In this document: piece by piece, positions 20,259 to 30,129 of the stretch
How the letters are laid out: the number at the start of each line of letters is the position of its first letter
How positions within the stretch are numbered: position 1 is the first letter of the stretch
Assembly: GCA_965140585.1 (NCBI GenBank)
Contig: OZ223264.1
Coordinates: 672,001-736,000 of the forward strand
Reading direction: 5' to 3'
DNA length: 64,000 nt
Origin: Spirochaetia bacterium
Lineage (GTDB): Bacteria; Spirochaetota; Spirochaetia; UBA9216
Translations under genes and position numbers: made by a program
The notes under the pieces: generated by a model
Seen by the model: only the letters and a program-made list of their open reading frames with translations
Told to the model about the DNA's origin: nothing
Databases searched by the model: none

Positions 20259-20819
20259 GTGCATGCAGCCGTCTGTGATTTTATCCTTGATTGTCTTCAG
20301 AATTCTGTAGAAGCGGGGGCTTCCGAGGTTTATCTTGCTATAAACCAGACTTCCCGAAACTTCTCGGTTTCAATTAAAGACAACGGCAGGGGAATGGATG
20401 AGGACCAGTTAAAAAAGGCTGTTGATCCATTCTATACAGACGGTATAAAACACAAATCACGCAAAGTCGGATTAGGACTTCCTTTTTTGATCCAGACGGT
20501 TGAGCAGACCGGAGGAGATTTTTCGATAGAGTCGGAAAAGAACAGGGGAACCGACCTTGTTTTTTCACTTCCGCTTGATAATATCGATACCCCTCCTCTC
20601 GGAGATCTCAGCGCGATGATTCTGCAGGCATTCATGTTTGATGGACTGTATGATATGCCGGTTGAACGCAGCCTGGAGATAGAAGGTGAAGTACACGGGT
20701 ATTCCGTAAAACGATCAGAAATAATAGAGGTTCTTGGTGACCTTAATGATGCGGACTCGCTTATTCTTGCGAGACAGTATCTACGGTCACAGGAAGAAGA
20801 TTTGATACAGGGAGATTAA
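20259..20819 (+). CDS. Stand-alone GHKL/HATPase_c ATP-binding protein in the hydrogenase operon
   Basis: QNSVEAGA, DNGRGM, DPFYT, KVGLGL; no HisKA or sensor domain. Confidence 0.82.
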   Translation: MHAAVCDFILDCLQNSVEAGASEVYLAINQTSRNFSVSIKDNGRGMDEDQLKKAVDPFYTDGIKHKSRKVGLGLPFLIQTVEQTGGDFSIESEKNRGTDLVFSLPLDNIDTPPLGDLSAMILQAFMFDGLYDMPVERSLEIEGEVHGYSVKRSEIIEVLGDLNDADSLILARQYLRSQEEDLIQGD

Positions 20820-20821
20820 TT

Positions 20822-21214
20822 ATGGCAAAAATGACCCTTGAGGAACTTAGAAATCTCAGGAACAGCAAAAAAGCTGAAATTGATAAGAGAGATACAGAAG
20901 GAAAAGATATTCATATCATCATCGGGATGGGTACATGCGGAATAGCCGCCGGTGCCAAAGAAGCTCTCGATGCTTTCCTTGATGAAATAGAGAAAAGCGG
21001 AGTCAAGAACGTAACTGTAAAACAGACCGGCTGTATGGGTTTATGCTATGTAGAACCAACAGTTGAAATCAAGGCTCCCGGAATGCCGGATACAATCTAT
21101 GGACAGGTTGACGGGGATACAGCCCGCCGGATAGTTAAAGAACATATTTTAGCGGGCAAGCTTGTCGATAACCATATTTTTGACAAGCCCGCAGCCGATA
21201 TTGTCAGGGAATAA
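20822..21214 (+). CDS. Thioredoxin-like [2Fe-2S] ferredoxin subunit (HydD/HndB)
   Basis: GMGTCGIAAGA, TGCMGLC..EP. Confidence 0.88.
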   Translation: MAKMTLEELRNLRNSKKAEIDKRDTEGKDIHIIIGMGTCGIAAGAKEALDAFLDEIEKSGVKNVTVKQTGCMGLCYVEPTVEIKAPGMPDTIYGQVDGDTARRIVKEHILAGKLVDNHIFDKPAADIVRE

Positions 21215-21225
21215 CGGAGGAGAGG

Positions 21226-23019
21226 ATGGCAGTTAAGAATTATATACTTGTTTGCGGCGGTACAGCATGCGAATCAAGCAAAGCAAACGAAATCTTCAAT
21301 GCCCTGAAAAAAGAGGCTGAAGCCCAGGGTGTTGCAGATGATGTTCAGATTGTAAAAACAGGATGTTTCGGTTTCTGTGAAAAGGGACCAATCGTAAAAA
21401 TACTTCCGGAAGAATCTTTTTATGTAGAAGTTGTTCCTGAAGACGCTAAAGAAATTATAGCAGAATCAATCGTCAAAGGCCGAATGGTTAAAAGACTTCT
21501 CTATGTTGACGATGATAACGGTTCAAAAGACGATTTTGATATTGAAAAAATTAAATTCTACCAGAAACAGGTCAGAATTGTACTTCGAAACTGCGGATTT
21601 ATTGATCCTGAGAAGATCGATGAGTACATTGCAAGAGAAGGCTACTCAGCCCTTGAAAAAGTTCTGTTTGAAATGTCGCAGGATGAGGTTATTGAACAGC
21701 TTAAGATCTCAGGACTGAGAGGACGCGGCGGTGCCGGCTTCCCCACATGGATGAAGTGGAAATTTACTAAAGATGTTGAAAACGATGTGAAATACATCGT
21801 TTGTAATGCAGACGAGGGCGACCCCGGTGCATATATGGATAGAAGTACTCTTGAGGGTGATCCTCATTCAGTGCTTGAGGCTATGGCTATTGCCGGTTAT
21901 GCCGTAGGTGCAGAACTCGGTGTTATTTACATCAGAGCTGAATACCCTCTTGCCATTAAAAGACTTGAAATAGCCATTGAACAGGCCCGCGAATACGGCC
22001 TTTTTGGTAAGGATATTCTTGGCAGCGGTTTTAATTTTGATTTTGAAATAAGACTCGGAGCGGGCGCATTTGTCTGCGGAGAGGAGACTGCACTTTTAAG
22101 ATCAATTGAAGGTAACCGGGGTATGCCAACACCGAAGCCGCCTTTTCCTGCAGTTGAAGGCCTCTGGGCAAAACCGACTGTTATCAACAACGTTGAAACA
22201 TGGGCCAATGTTCCGATGATCATCCTCAAGGGGGGGGAATGGTTTAAATCAATCGGTACTGAAAGATCACCCGGAACAAAGGTTTTTGCTCTTACTGGAA
22301 AGATCAACAACTCCGGCCTGGTTGAGGTTCCAATGGGAACAACCCTCCGTGAAATCGTTTTTGATATCGGCGGCGGAATTAAGGATGGAAAAGCTTTCAA
22401 GGCTGTTCAGACCGGCGGTCCTTCAGGCGGTGTAATTACATCTGAATTTCTTGATACTCCAATCGACTTTGACCAGCTTACAGCCATCGGTTCAATGATG
22501 GGTTCAGGCGGAATGATTGTCATGGATGAGGACGACTGTATCATTAATGTTGTGAAATTCTACCAGGAATTCTGCGTTGATGAGTCCTGCGGTAAATGTG
22601 CCCCATGCCGAATCGGAACCCGAAAGCTTTATGATATTCTGGACAAGATAAGCAAGGGTAAGGGAACCCATAAGGACCTTGAAAACCTTGAAACAATCGG
22701 TACAGCAATGAAGAAGGCAGCTCTATGCGGTCTTGGTCAGACAGCTCCGAACCCGATACTTTCAACACTTAAATACTTTAAGAATGAATACCTTGAGCAC
22801 GTAGACGGAAAGGTCTGCAAGCCCGGTAAGTGTAAGGATCTAGTTAAGTTTGAAATTGATCCCGACAAATGTATCGGCTGTACAGTATGTGCCAGAAAGT
22901 GTCCTGTTAACTGCATCAGCGGTGAAAGAAAGCAGGCTCATGTGATTGACCAGAGTCAGTGCGTGAAGTGCGGCGAATGTTTTACCAGCTGTAAATTCGG
23001 TGCAATATCAAAGAGCTAA
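21226..23019 (+). CDS. hydB: [FeFe]-hydrogenase NuoF-like NAD(H)/FMN subunit (HydB/HndC)
   Basis: SGLRGRGGAGFPT, CNADEGDPGA, GAGAFVCGEETAL, ESCGKCAPCRIG, C-terminal 2x[4Fe-4S]. Confidence 0.95.
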   Translation: MAVKNYILVCGGTACESSKANEIFNALKKEAEAQGVADDVQIVKTGCFGFCEKGPIVKILPEESFYVEVVPEDAKEIIAESIVKGRMVKRLLYVDDDNGSKDDFDIEKIKFYQKQVRIVLRNCGFIDPEKIDEYIAREGYSALEKVLFEMSQDEVIEQLKISGLRGRGGAGFPTWMKWKFTKDVENDVKYIVCNADEGDPGAYMDRSTLEGDPHSVLEAMAIAGYAVGAELGVIYIRAEYPLAIKRLEIAIEQAREYGLFGKDILGSGFNFDFEIRLGAGAFVCGEETALLRSIEGNRGMPTPKPPFPAVEGLWAKPTVINNVETWANVPMIILKGGEWFKSIGTERSPGTKVFALTGKINNSGLVEVPMGTTLREIVFDIGGGIKDGKAFKAVQTGGPSGGVITSEFLDTPIDFDQLTAIGSMMGSGGMIVMDEDDCIINVVKFYQEFCVDESCGKCAPCRIGTRKLYDILDKISKGKGTHKDLENLETIGTAMKKAALCGLGQTAPNPILSTLKYFKNEYLEHVDGKVCKPGKCKDLVKFEIDPDKCIGCTVCARKCPVNCISGERKQAHVIDQSQCVKCGECFTSCKFGAISKS

Positions 23020-23034
23020 TAAAGGAGAATAACA

Positions 23035-24786
23035 GTGAGTACTGTAAATATAAAGGTTAACGGCAGAGAACAGAGTGTTCCGGTTGGAACATCAATACTC
23101 AAAGCCGCAAAGATGGCCGGTGTTAAGATTCCGACACTCTGTTATCATTCTGATCTGACCCCCTGGGCTGCATGCGGAATCTGTGTTGTCAAGATTGAAG
23201 GCAACCCCAGAATGGTCAGAGCCTGTTCAACGCTTGTCAGCGAGGGACAGAACTATATCACCAATGACCCTGAAATACATTCAATAAGAAAGACGGTTAT
23301 TGAAATGACCCTTGCGGATCATCCGCAGGAATGTCTTACTTGCGGACGTAACCAGACCTGTGAGCTTCAGAGGCTTGCTGCCGAATACGCTATCAGGGAA
23401 ATCCCCTTTGATCGTAATGTTAAAAGACTTCCGAAGGATGAATCAACTCCTTCTATCATTCTTGACCCTTCAAAATGTATCCAGTGCGGACGCTGTGCGC
23501 AGGTTTGCCAGCAGCTGCAGGATGTATGGGCTCTTGAGTTCCTTGGTAGAGGTGAGAAAACAAGACTTATGCCTTCTGCAGGCGTAGTTCTCAATGAAAG
23601 CCCCTGTATCAAGTGCGGTCAGTGTTCAGCCCACTGTCCTGTCGGCGCAATCTATGAAAAAGATGATACCGACCTGATGAAGGCTGCTATCAAGGACCCC
23701 GAGAAGCATGTTGCTGTTCAGATGGCACCTGCAGTAAGGGTTGCAATCGGTGAAGCATTCGGCATGAAACCCGGTGAAATTGTAACCGGAAAAATTTATG
23801 CTGCACTTAGAATGCTTGGCGTTGATGCTGTATTTGATACTAACTTTTCCGCCGACCTCACCATCATGGAAGAGGGTTCTGAGCTTGTAGAAAGACTCGT
23901 AAACGGAAAAGGCGAGCTTCCGCAGCTTACTTCCTGCTGTCCCGCATGGACAGATTACATGGAAAAATACTACCCGGATATGATTCCGCATTTCTCAACT
24001 GCAAAATCTCCGCAGATGATGCAGGGAGCAATAACCAAGACATATTATGCAGAGAAGAAGGGCATTGATCCTTCAAAGATTTACTCTGTTTCAATAATGC
24101 CCTGTACAGCCAAGAAGTTTGAAAGAGTCAGAGATGAAAATATGCAGTCATCAGGTTATGATGATGTGGATCTCGTTCTTACAACAAGAGAGCTTGCAAG
24201 ATGCATTAAAACTGCAGGTATCGACTTTGCAAACCTTCCTGAGGAAGAGGCTGACAGTCCTATCGGCGCATACACCGGTGCAGGAACAATCTTCGGTGTA
24301 ACCGGCGGTGTTATGGAAGCAGCAGTGCGATCAGCCTACTACCTTGTAACCAAGGAAGAGCTTGCTGATGTAAATATTACTGCTGTCCGAGGTATGGACG
24401 GAGTTAAAGCCGGTGTTGTTGATATCAAGGGCACCAAGGTTAAGGTTGCTGTAGCTCATGGCATGGCAAACGTTAAGGCCGTCCTCGACGAGATTAGAGC
24501 TGCCAAGGAAAAGGGTGATGAACTTCCCTACCACTTTATTGAAGTAATGGCATGCCGCGGCGGATGTATAGCCGGAGGCGGACAGCCATACGGTACTGAA
24601 GATGATATTCGTGAGAAGCGAATTGCAGGCCTTTATAATGATGATGAAAAGAGTACTATCAGATGTTCACACCAGAACCCTGATATTGCAAAGATCTATG
24701 AAGAATATCTTGGAGCTCCTCTTTCCGAGAAGTCTCATCACCTTCTTCATACTCATTACACACCAAGACCTCTATACAAGAACTAA
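23035..24786 (+). CDS. hydA: [FeFe]-hydrogenase catalytic subunit (HydA/HndD), group A, multimeric type
   Basis: H-cluster motifs TSCCPAW, MPCTAKKFE, EVMACRGGCIAGGGQP; N-terminal 2Fe-2S, His-ligated 4Fe-4S (HPQECLTC) and 2x4Fe-4S. Confidence 0.96.
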   Translation: MSTVNIKVNGREQSVPVGTSILKAAKMAGVKIPTLCYHSDLTPWAACGICVVKIEGNPRMVRACSTLVSEGQNYITNDPEIHSIRKTVIEMTLADHPQECLTCGRNQTCELQRLAAEYAIREIPFDRNVKRLPKDESTPSIILDPSKCIQCGRCAQVCQQLQDVWALEFLGRGEKTRLMPSAGVVLNESPCIKCGQCSAHCPVGAIYEKDDTDLMKAAIKDPEKHVAVQMAPAVRVAIGEAFGMKPGEIVTGKIYAALRMLGVDAVFDTNFSADLTIMEEGSELVERLVNGKGELPQLTSCCPAWTDYMEKYYPDMIPHFSTAKSPQMMQGAITKTYYAEKKGIDPSKIYSVSIMPCTAKKFERVRDENMQSSGYDDVDLVLTTRELARCIKTAGIDFANLPEEEADSPIGAYTGAGTIFGVTGGVMEAAVRSAYYLVTKEELADVNITAVRGMDGVKAGVVDIKGTKVKVAVAHGMANVKAVLDEIRAAKEKGDELPYHFIEVMACRGGCIAGGGQPYGTEDDIREKRIAGLYNDDEKSTIRCSHQNPDIAKIYEEYLGAPLSEKSHHLLHTHYTPRPLYKN

Positions 24787-24816
24787 ACATCTTGATATTT
24801 TGAGTGGAAAGATTAC

Positions 24817-24847
24817 GGCTGTATCCTTCGGGATGCAGCCTTTTTTT
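24817..24847 (+). terminator. Rho-independent terminator of the hydrogenase operon
   Basis: GGCTGTATCC-TTCG-GGATGCAGCC followed by T7. Confidence 0.85.
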
Positions 24848-26699
24848 ACGTCATGAGTTCTGGCGGTGTAACGAAGGGCAGGCTGAGCATGAATTTCGAC
24901 CCCTGCTCAGGCTGCGACTCAACTGTCAGCGAGCCTCCAAGCTGAGCCGCTATAGCCCTTGAAATAGGAAGGCCCAGGCCTGTGCCCTGGCTGAAGCTGT
25001 TAATCTGGTAGAAGCGATCAAAAATATGCTCGAGATCAGAGGCTGGAATGCCAATCCCTGTGTCGCTTACACTGATAACAACAGTTCTTGCTGAATGATT
25101 GATCTCAGCTTCCATTCTTATAACGCCTTTTTCAGTATATTTGAATGCATTATTGATCAGGTTTACAAGGATTTGAGTCAGTCTGTCTCTGTCTGTCAGA
25201 AGAAGTCCCTTTGTATCAGGCGCTTTGGTTATATTAAGTCTGACAGCGCCGCTGCTCTGGTTCATGAACATGTCTCTTAATTCGTGAAAAAGATCTTCCA
25301 GATAAACATCGGAGATGAAAAGTTCAAAAGCTCCTGCTTCAATCTTCGCAAAATCGATTATGTCATTGACCAGAGTCAGCAACAGATTGCCGCTGCTCCT
25401 GATTATTCCCGAGTATGTTTTCTGCAAATCGGGGTCACTTGTCTTTGAAATAAGGTCAGAGAATCCGAGAATAGCATTCAGAGGAGTTCTTATTTCATGA
25501 CTGATGTTCGCCAGGAAGGCAGTTTTAAGTCTTTCAGATTCTTCAGCTTTTACCAGTGCCGCCTTCAGTGCTTCTTCGTTCTTTTTCCTTTCCGTTTGAT
25601 CCTGTACCCAGCCGAAGAATTTTACCTTTTTCCCTGACGGGTCAATTTTAAAGATAGATTGGCCTGTGATCCATTTGATATTTCCATCATTATCAAAGAT
25701 TCGGTATTCGTATTCATAACTGCTGTTTTTTCCTGACCTGGTGTGTTTTTCTATATTTTCCAGCCGCAGCTTGTAGTCATCAGGATGAAACTTTTTTTTA
25801 ATTATATCTTCAGTAATCTCATCAGGATAGTTGATATCAAAGATACGGTAGGTATCCTCGGACCAGAACCAGATATCCCGGACAAAATCCTTTTCCCAGT
25901 ATCCGAGCTTTGCTATTCTGTTAATATGAGAGAGATTTTCCCTGGTCCGTTTAAGTTCCAGTTCATAGAGTTTTTTTACAGTGATATCCTCACTGAGCAT
26001 CAGTGTCACTATCCGTCCGTTATATTCCTGAACCTTGATGATTACTGAGACCCATCTTTTCTTTTTTCTGACAGTGATTTCTTTTTCCAGTTTTATGCTT
26101 CCTGAATATTCTGTCAGCGAATTTATAACAGGTGATTCTTCTGTGAAGAAGTTCATGAGCAGGCTTGAATAGCTGAACTGAGTCTGTTTATTGATGTTTC
26201 CGTAAGCGCCGAACATCTCTGTGAATATATTATTGATAAAAAGTACTCTGTCATTTTCTGCAACCATGAGTCCGAATACCGCAGACTGCAGTACAGAGTT
26301 AAGTACCAGATCATTATCCCGGAGGTTTATTATTGCTGTATTTCCTTCGATTCTGGTTCTCACAACACAGTAGTATGCCAGAACACTCCCGTCCTCTTCA
26401 AAGATGGCCCGATTTCTCCATTGTCTTGTGATAAATTTACCGTTGGCCATAATTTCGGGGTAATCATTATCGAAGTAGGGGGTGCTGATATTCAGTCTTT
26501 TGAATTTATTGATAAGTATCGGTGCATAATCCGCGGGTATTATGTCGCCGAATTTCTTTCCTTTAAGTTCGTCAATATTGTGACCTGAATGAGCAATGTA
26601 TTCGGAATTAGCCCAGATGTACCTGAAATCTGCAGACATAATACATGCCGGCTCTGTGAGATCTTCAAGGATATTTTTCAGATCCTTCAAAAAATCCAT
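24846..26699 (-). CDS. Cytoplasmic multi-PAS sensor histidine kinase
   Basis: PAS repeats (YIWANSEY, FHPDD..EYRI..KWI), HisKA FLANISHEIRTPLNAILGF, NLINNAFKYT, DTGIGI, GTGLGL; no evident TM helices or receiver domain. Confidence 0.9.
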   Translation of the reverse strand: MDFLKDLKNILEDLTEPACIMSADFRYIWANSEYIAHSGHNIDELKGKKFGDIIPADYAPILINKFKRLNISTPYFDNDYPEIMANGKFITRQWRNRAIFEEDGSVLAYYCVVRTRIEGNTAIINLRDNDLVLNSVLQSAVFGLMVAENDRVLFINNIFTEMFGAYGNINKQTQFSYSSLLMNFFTEESPVINSLTEYSGSIKLEKEITVRKKKRWVSVIIKVQEYNGRIVTLMLSEDITVKKLYELELKRTRENLSHINRIAKLGYWEKDFVRDIWFWSEDTYRIFDINYPDEITEDIIKKKFHPDDYKLRLENIEKHTRSGKNSSYEYEYRIFDNDGNIKWITGQSIFKIDPSGKKVKFFGWVQDQTERKKNEEALKAALVKAEESERLKTAFLANISHEIRTPLNAILGFSDLISKTSDPDLQKTYSGIIRSSGNLLLTLVNDIIDFAKIEAGAFELFISDVYLEDLFHELRDMFMNQSSGAVRLNITKAPDTKGLLLTDRDRLTQILVNLINNAFKYTEKGVIRMEAEINHSARTVVISVSDTGIGIPASDLEHIFDRFYQINSFSQGTGLGLPISRAIAAQLGGSLTVESQPEQGSKFMLSLPFVTPPELMT

Positions 26700-26706
26700 G
26701 TCAGAA

Positions 26707-27429
26707 TTAAACTCCTGACTGAATTATAGTAGATACCTGTCCTTTTATCATAGAAATTTTCAAACCTTCGAAGGAAATATCCCCGCTTTCGTATATGCTG
26801 TATCTGTTTCCTATGTTATGCGGGTAGTGTGCATCGGAATTTGCTATCACGGTATAATTCTTAAGATCGGTTTCGCAGGGAAGGTTGGTTACTTCAACAG
26901 CGGAATAATTCATATCGGGTAGAAACCCAAGCTGGGACGGTATGCTGAAAACGGGTCTGTTGATATGCGCCGGAATAAAGAGGCCGCCGAGGGCTGTAAC
27001 GGCATCGTAGAGTTCATCAAGGCTGAGCTCTGATGCACTCAGCAGGTATTTATCTACCTCTGCTATAATGTTTTCTTCCTCGTCAACGGCTACCTGATCT
27101 CCGAACTTTTCCGCCACATTCTGAACTTCGGGAAGTTTTGAATAGATAAGATTTCCCAATTCTTCAGCTGTCCCCGCATTGCTGAAAAGACATACAACAT
27201 GGGCTTCTTCGACAGTGGTAACTTCAATTCCGCTTATCGGTACTATATCGAGCATACGGCAGCATTTTTCAAAAGCTGCACAGTTCAGTGCCGAATTGTG
27301 GTCTGTGAGGGCTGCTATTTTAAAGTTTTGTTTCTTAAGTTCGCCGGCAATCAGCGACGGTGACATGTCCAGGCTACCGCATGGACTGAGACATGAGTGA
27401 ATGTGAAGATCTGCTTTAAATTCCGGCAA
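26707..27429 (-). CDS. PHP domain phosphoesterase
   Basis: DLHIHSCLSPC, ALTDHN, GIEV, EEAHV, PAHI, NSDAH; TTG start. Confidence 0.9.
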   Translation of the reverse strand: MPEFKADLHIHSCLSPCGSLDMSPSLIAGELKKQNFKIAALTDHNSALNCAAFEKCCRMLDIVPISGIEVTTVEEAHVVCLFSNAGTAEELGNLIYSKLPEVQNVAEKFGDQVAVDEEENIIAEVDKYLLSASELSLDELYDAVTALGGLFIPAHINRPVFSIPSQLGFLPDMNYSAVEVTNLPCETDLKNYTVIANSDAHYPHNIGNRYSIYESGDISFEGLKISMIKGQVSTIIQSGV

Positions 27430-27432
27430 TGT

Positions 27433-27777
27433 TCAGCAGCCGCAGAGTTTCAGGGCTCTTGCTACATCCACAGAAGCTTCGAACTGGTTTACTGAAGTGC
27501 TTAATACTGCAATACCTTCCTGCTCAGCAGCGGGAAGCATATCCTCCGGAGGTTTTCGTCCGTTGCATAGTATTATTGCGTTTATTCCTGCAAGAGAGGC
27601 TACTGCTATGGTATTTTTATGAGCCTGAATGGTTATCAGGACTGAATCATCCGCTGCATTTCCCATCACATCACTGAGAAGATCTGATGTGTATGCATTC
27701 AGAATCTTTTTATCAGGCATAGCCGTCAGCAGAGTATATCCGAGTTTTTCCTGTAATTCGCTGATTTTCATGTTCAT
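27433..27777 (-). CDS. DRTGG domain protein
   Basis: YTSDLLSDVM, LITIQAHKNTIAVA, AEQEGIAVL. Confidence 0.85.
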   Translation of the reverse strand: MNMKISELQEKLGYTLLTAMPDKKILNAYTSDLLSDVMGNAADDSVLITIQAHKNTIAVASLAGINAIILCNGRKPPEDMLPAAEQEGIAVLSTSVNQFEASVDVARALKLCGC

Positions 27778-27780
27778 ATT

Positions 27781-28710
27781 CTATATTGTTTTTTCAGCAT
27801 TGTCATCCAGGATATATACAACTACTCTTATTTCTGTTCCTGCTTCGGAAGTCTCGAGTGTGAATTCGTCAGATACCCTCTTTATGTTGGGCAGACCCAT
27901 TCCTGCGCCGAAACCAAGAGTCCGGATCCAGTCTGTTGCCGTTGAAAATCCCGGGGTCATCGCTTTTTCAACATCAGGAATCCCAGGTCCCCGATCACGA
28001 GCAAGAACCTCAACGTACTTGTCGGTTATCCGGCATAGTATTTCACCGCCCATCGAATGTACTACCTGATTTATTTCAAGTTCGTAGACTGCTGTGGCGG
28101 TTGCCCGAATAATTTTCCGGTTTATATTGTGTTCTTTGAGAATGTTTTTAATCTCGATTGAAGCCTTTCCCGCATTCTTGAAATCATTCTGAAGGATTGC
28201 AAACCGACGGACAATATTGCCTATTTCAGTCTGTGCGCCGTCTTTTGCAAGTTCTTCAAGTCGCTGAATTTCCTCATTCATTACCTTGATCATATGCATG
28301 ATAATATCGCGGCTGGTGATTATGCCTGTAAGCTCTTTCTTTTCATTAAGAACCGGGAAACGTCCGTAATTATAGTTTTCAAAGTAATCAATTGCAAACC
28401 TGACAGGCATCATTTCTTCCAGGACTACCGGATTTCTTGACATGTGCTTTTCAACCGGATCATTCATCAGTCCTGCTTCAAGAGCATTGAGAAGATCTTC
28501 GACGCTGATTATTCCCACAAGTCTTCGGTTTTTCAGTACCGGAACACCGCTAATTGAGCGTTCTTTCATCAGCTGCTTAACCTCTTTCATTGTGGTTGTT
28601 CCTGGTACTGAGGTCGGGTTTCTGGACATTATGTCCTTTATCTTATGTCCCTGGATTAACTCAAGTACTGCAAGCGGCTGATTCTGATAAACAGGAATCA
28701 GTTTTTTCAA
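27781..28710 (-). CDS. CBS-pair plus RsbT/anti-sigma-like Ser/Thr kinase (HATPase_c_2) fusion
   Basis: CBS pair (KDIMS..ISGVPV..GII; GRFPV..GIITSRD); kinase ELEINQVVH, DRGPGI, GFST, GFGAGMGL. TTG start overlaps the upstream stop. Confidence 0.85.
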   Translation of the reverse strand: MKKLIPVYQNQPLAVLELIQGHKIKDIMSRNPTSVPGTTTMKEVKQLMKERSISGVPVLKNRRLVGIISVEDLLNALEAGLMNDPVEKHMSRNPVVLEEMMPVRFAIDYFENYNYGRFPVLNEKKELTGIITSRDIIMHMIKVMNEEIQRLEELAKDGAQTEIGNIVRRFAILQNDFKNAGKASIEIKNILKEHNINRKIIRATATAVYELEINQVVHSMGGEILCRITDKYVEVLARDRGPGIPDVEKAMTPGFSTATDWIRTLGFGAGMGLPNIKRVSDEFTLETSEAGTEIRVVVYILDDNAEKTI

Positions 28711-29057
28711 TGCTGTCCCTCATCCATCATTCTGCCGAGTGCGGCACAGGCTCTGAACATTGAAGTCCTGGTAGAGATCAGGGTTATATCAAATTCATCA
28801 GCCAGTTTTATCATTCCGGGCTGGGGTGTTTTTCCATTCACAAGCAGAATTCCAACGGCATCAACTATATGTGCTGTTCTGAGGGTCTGCTCAGTATTAA
28901 GCGCAGTAATAAGCAGCAGTCCTTCTTCTTCTGCGACAAGGACTTCACTCATTAAATCGCTTGCAACTATGTTTTCAATTCCGGCTTTTTTAAAGTTACT
29001 GCTCTGGCTGTAGGTTATACATTCAAGATTTCCGGAAACTTCTTCAAGAGTTATCAT
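28707..29057 (-). CDS. DRTGG domain protein
   Basis: ASDLMSEVL, LLITALNTEQTLRTA, VNGKTP, MFRACA. Start placed at ATG 29057 from the TTGACC-17-GAGAAT-6-ATG promoter. Confidence 0.82.
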   Translation of the reverse strand: MITLEEVSGNLECITYSQSSNFKKAGIENIVASDLMSEVLVAEEEGLLLITALNTEQTLRTAHIVDAVGILLVNGKTPQPGMIKLADEFDITLISTRTSMFRACAALGRMMDEGQH

Positions 29058-29163
29058 ATATACATTCTCTATTATTTGATGGCACGGGTCAACTACTGCC
29101 ATAGTGGCGTTTTATCTGAATATTAAAATTGACAATGTCTTGAAAATCAAAGAAGATAGTAGT

Positions 29164-30129
29164 ATGGCAACAACAGATAAAAAAAAGCCGTTAATCATGC
29201 GGCAGAAGGTAATGTTCCAGGTAGTGTATTCTCTTATTCCTGTTGCGGTGCTGTCAATTTACTTTTTCGGATGGAGAGCCCTCTCCGTTTTGTTAATTGT
29301 AAATATCGCAGGATTTTTAAGTGAGTATATCTTCGCAAAGATCTATAAAAAGCAGGTTTCGTCAGCTGTTTTTGTGACCAACTTTCTTTTCGCCCTCTCT
29401 CTACCTCCGGCTGTTCCTTACTGGATAGCAGTTGCAGGTATTGTATTCGGCGTTATTTTCGGAAAGATGGTCTTCGGCGGATTCGGACGGAATGTCTTCA
29501 ATCCTGCTATTTCAGGCCGGGCTTTTATATATATCAGCTTCGGTGTTCCTATGACCTCAGGCTTTGTTCCTGTTTCTTCGGGCTTTCCAGGAGGTTTTTC
29601 ACAGTGGCTTAATGGTGCTGATGCCGTTTCCAAGGCTACTCCGATTGCAAATTTTGCATCCGGGACAGATACTCCGCTTATGAATCTGCTGCTCGGCAAT
29701 GTTTCAGGATCTCTGGGTGAGACAAGCGCTATTCTGATTATTATTGCCGGTATCTTTTTGATCTACAAAAAAGCCGCAAACTTCAGAATAATTCTTTCGG
29801 GTCTTGTCGGTTACCTTGTAATTCAGGCGGCTTTTTACTTCGGTGGCCTGGAAGGTGCTGTAAATCCTGTTTACGGACTGCTGAGTGGAAGTCTTCTATA
29901 CGGAATGGTTTTCATGGCTACAGACCCCATTTCATCGTCTCAGACGACTGATGCCGGACGCTGGATTTACGGAGCCCTTATTGGTGTCTTAATCGCTTTG
30001 ATAAGGCTTTTCTCGATATGGGTTGAGGCAACAACCTTCGCAATTCTGCTTGCGAACATGTTTGCGCCGCTTCTTGATCATTATATGAAGGAGTACAAGA
30101 AAAAGAAAAAGGCAGGTGCAAAAGCATGA
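29164..30129 (+). CDS. NqrB/RnfD family membrane subunit
   Basis: KMVFGGFGRNVFNPAISGR, DAVSKATP (candidate FMN-Thr), GSLGETS, FMATDP. Start placed at ATG 29164 (TTGACA-17-GAAGAT-6-ATG). Confidence 0.9.
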   Translation: MATTDKKKPLIMRQKVMFQVVYSLIPVAVLSIYFFGWRALSVLLIVNIAGFLSEYIFAKIYKKQVSSAVFVTNFLFALSLPPAVPYWIAVAGIVFGVIFGKMVFGGFGRNVFNPAISGRAFIYISFGVPMTSGFVPVSSGFPGGFSQWLNGADAVSKATPIANFASGTDTPLMNLLLGNVSGSLGETSAILIIIAGIFLIYKKAANFRIILSGLVGYLVIQAAFYFGGLEGAVNPVYGLLSGSLLYGMVFMATDPISSSQTTDAGRWIYGALIGVLIALIRLFSIWVEATTFAILLANMFAPLLDHYMKEYKKKKKAGAKA

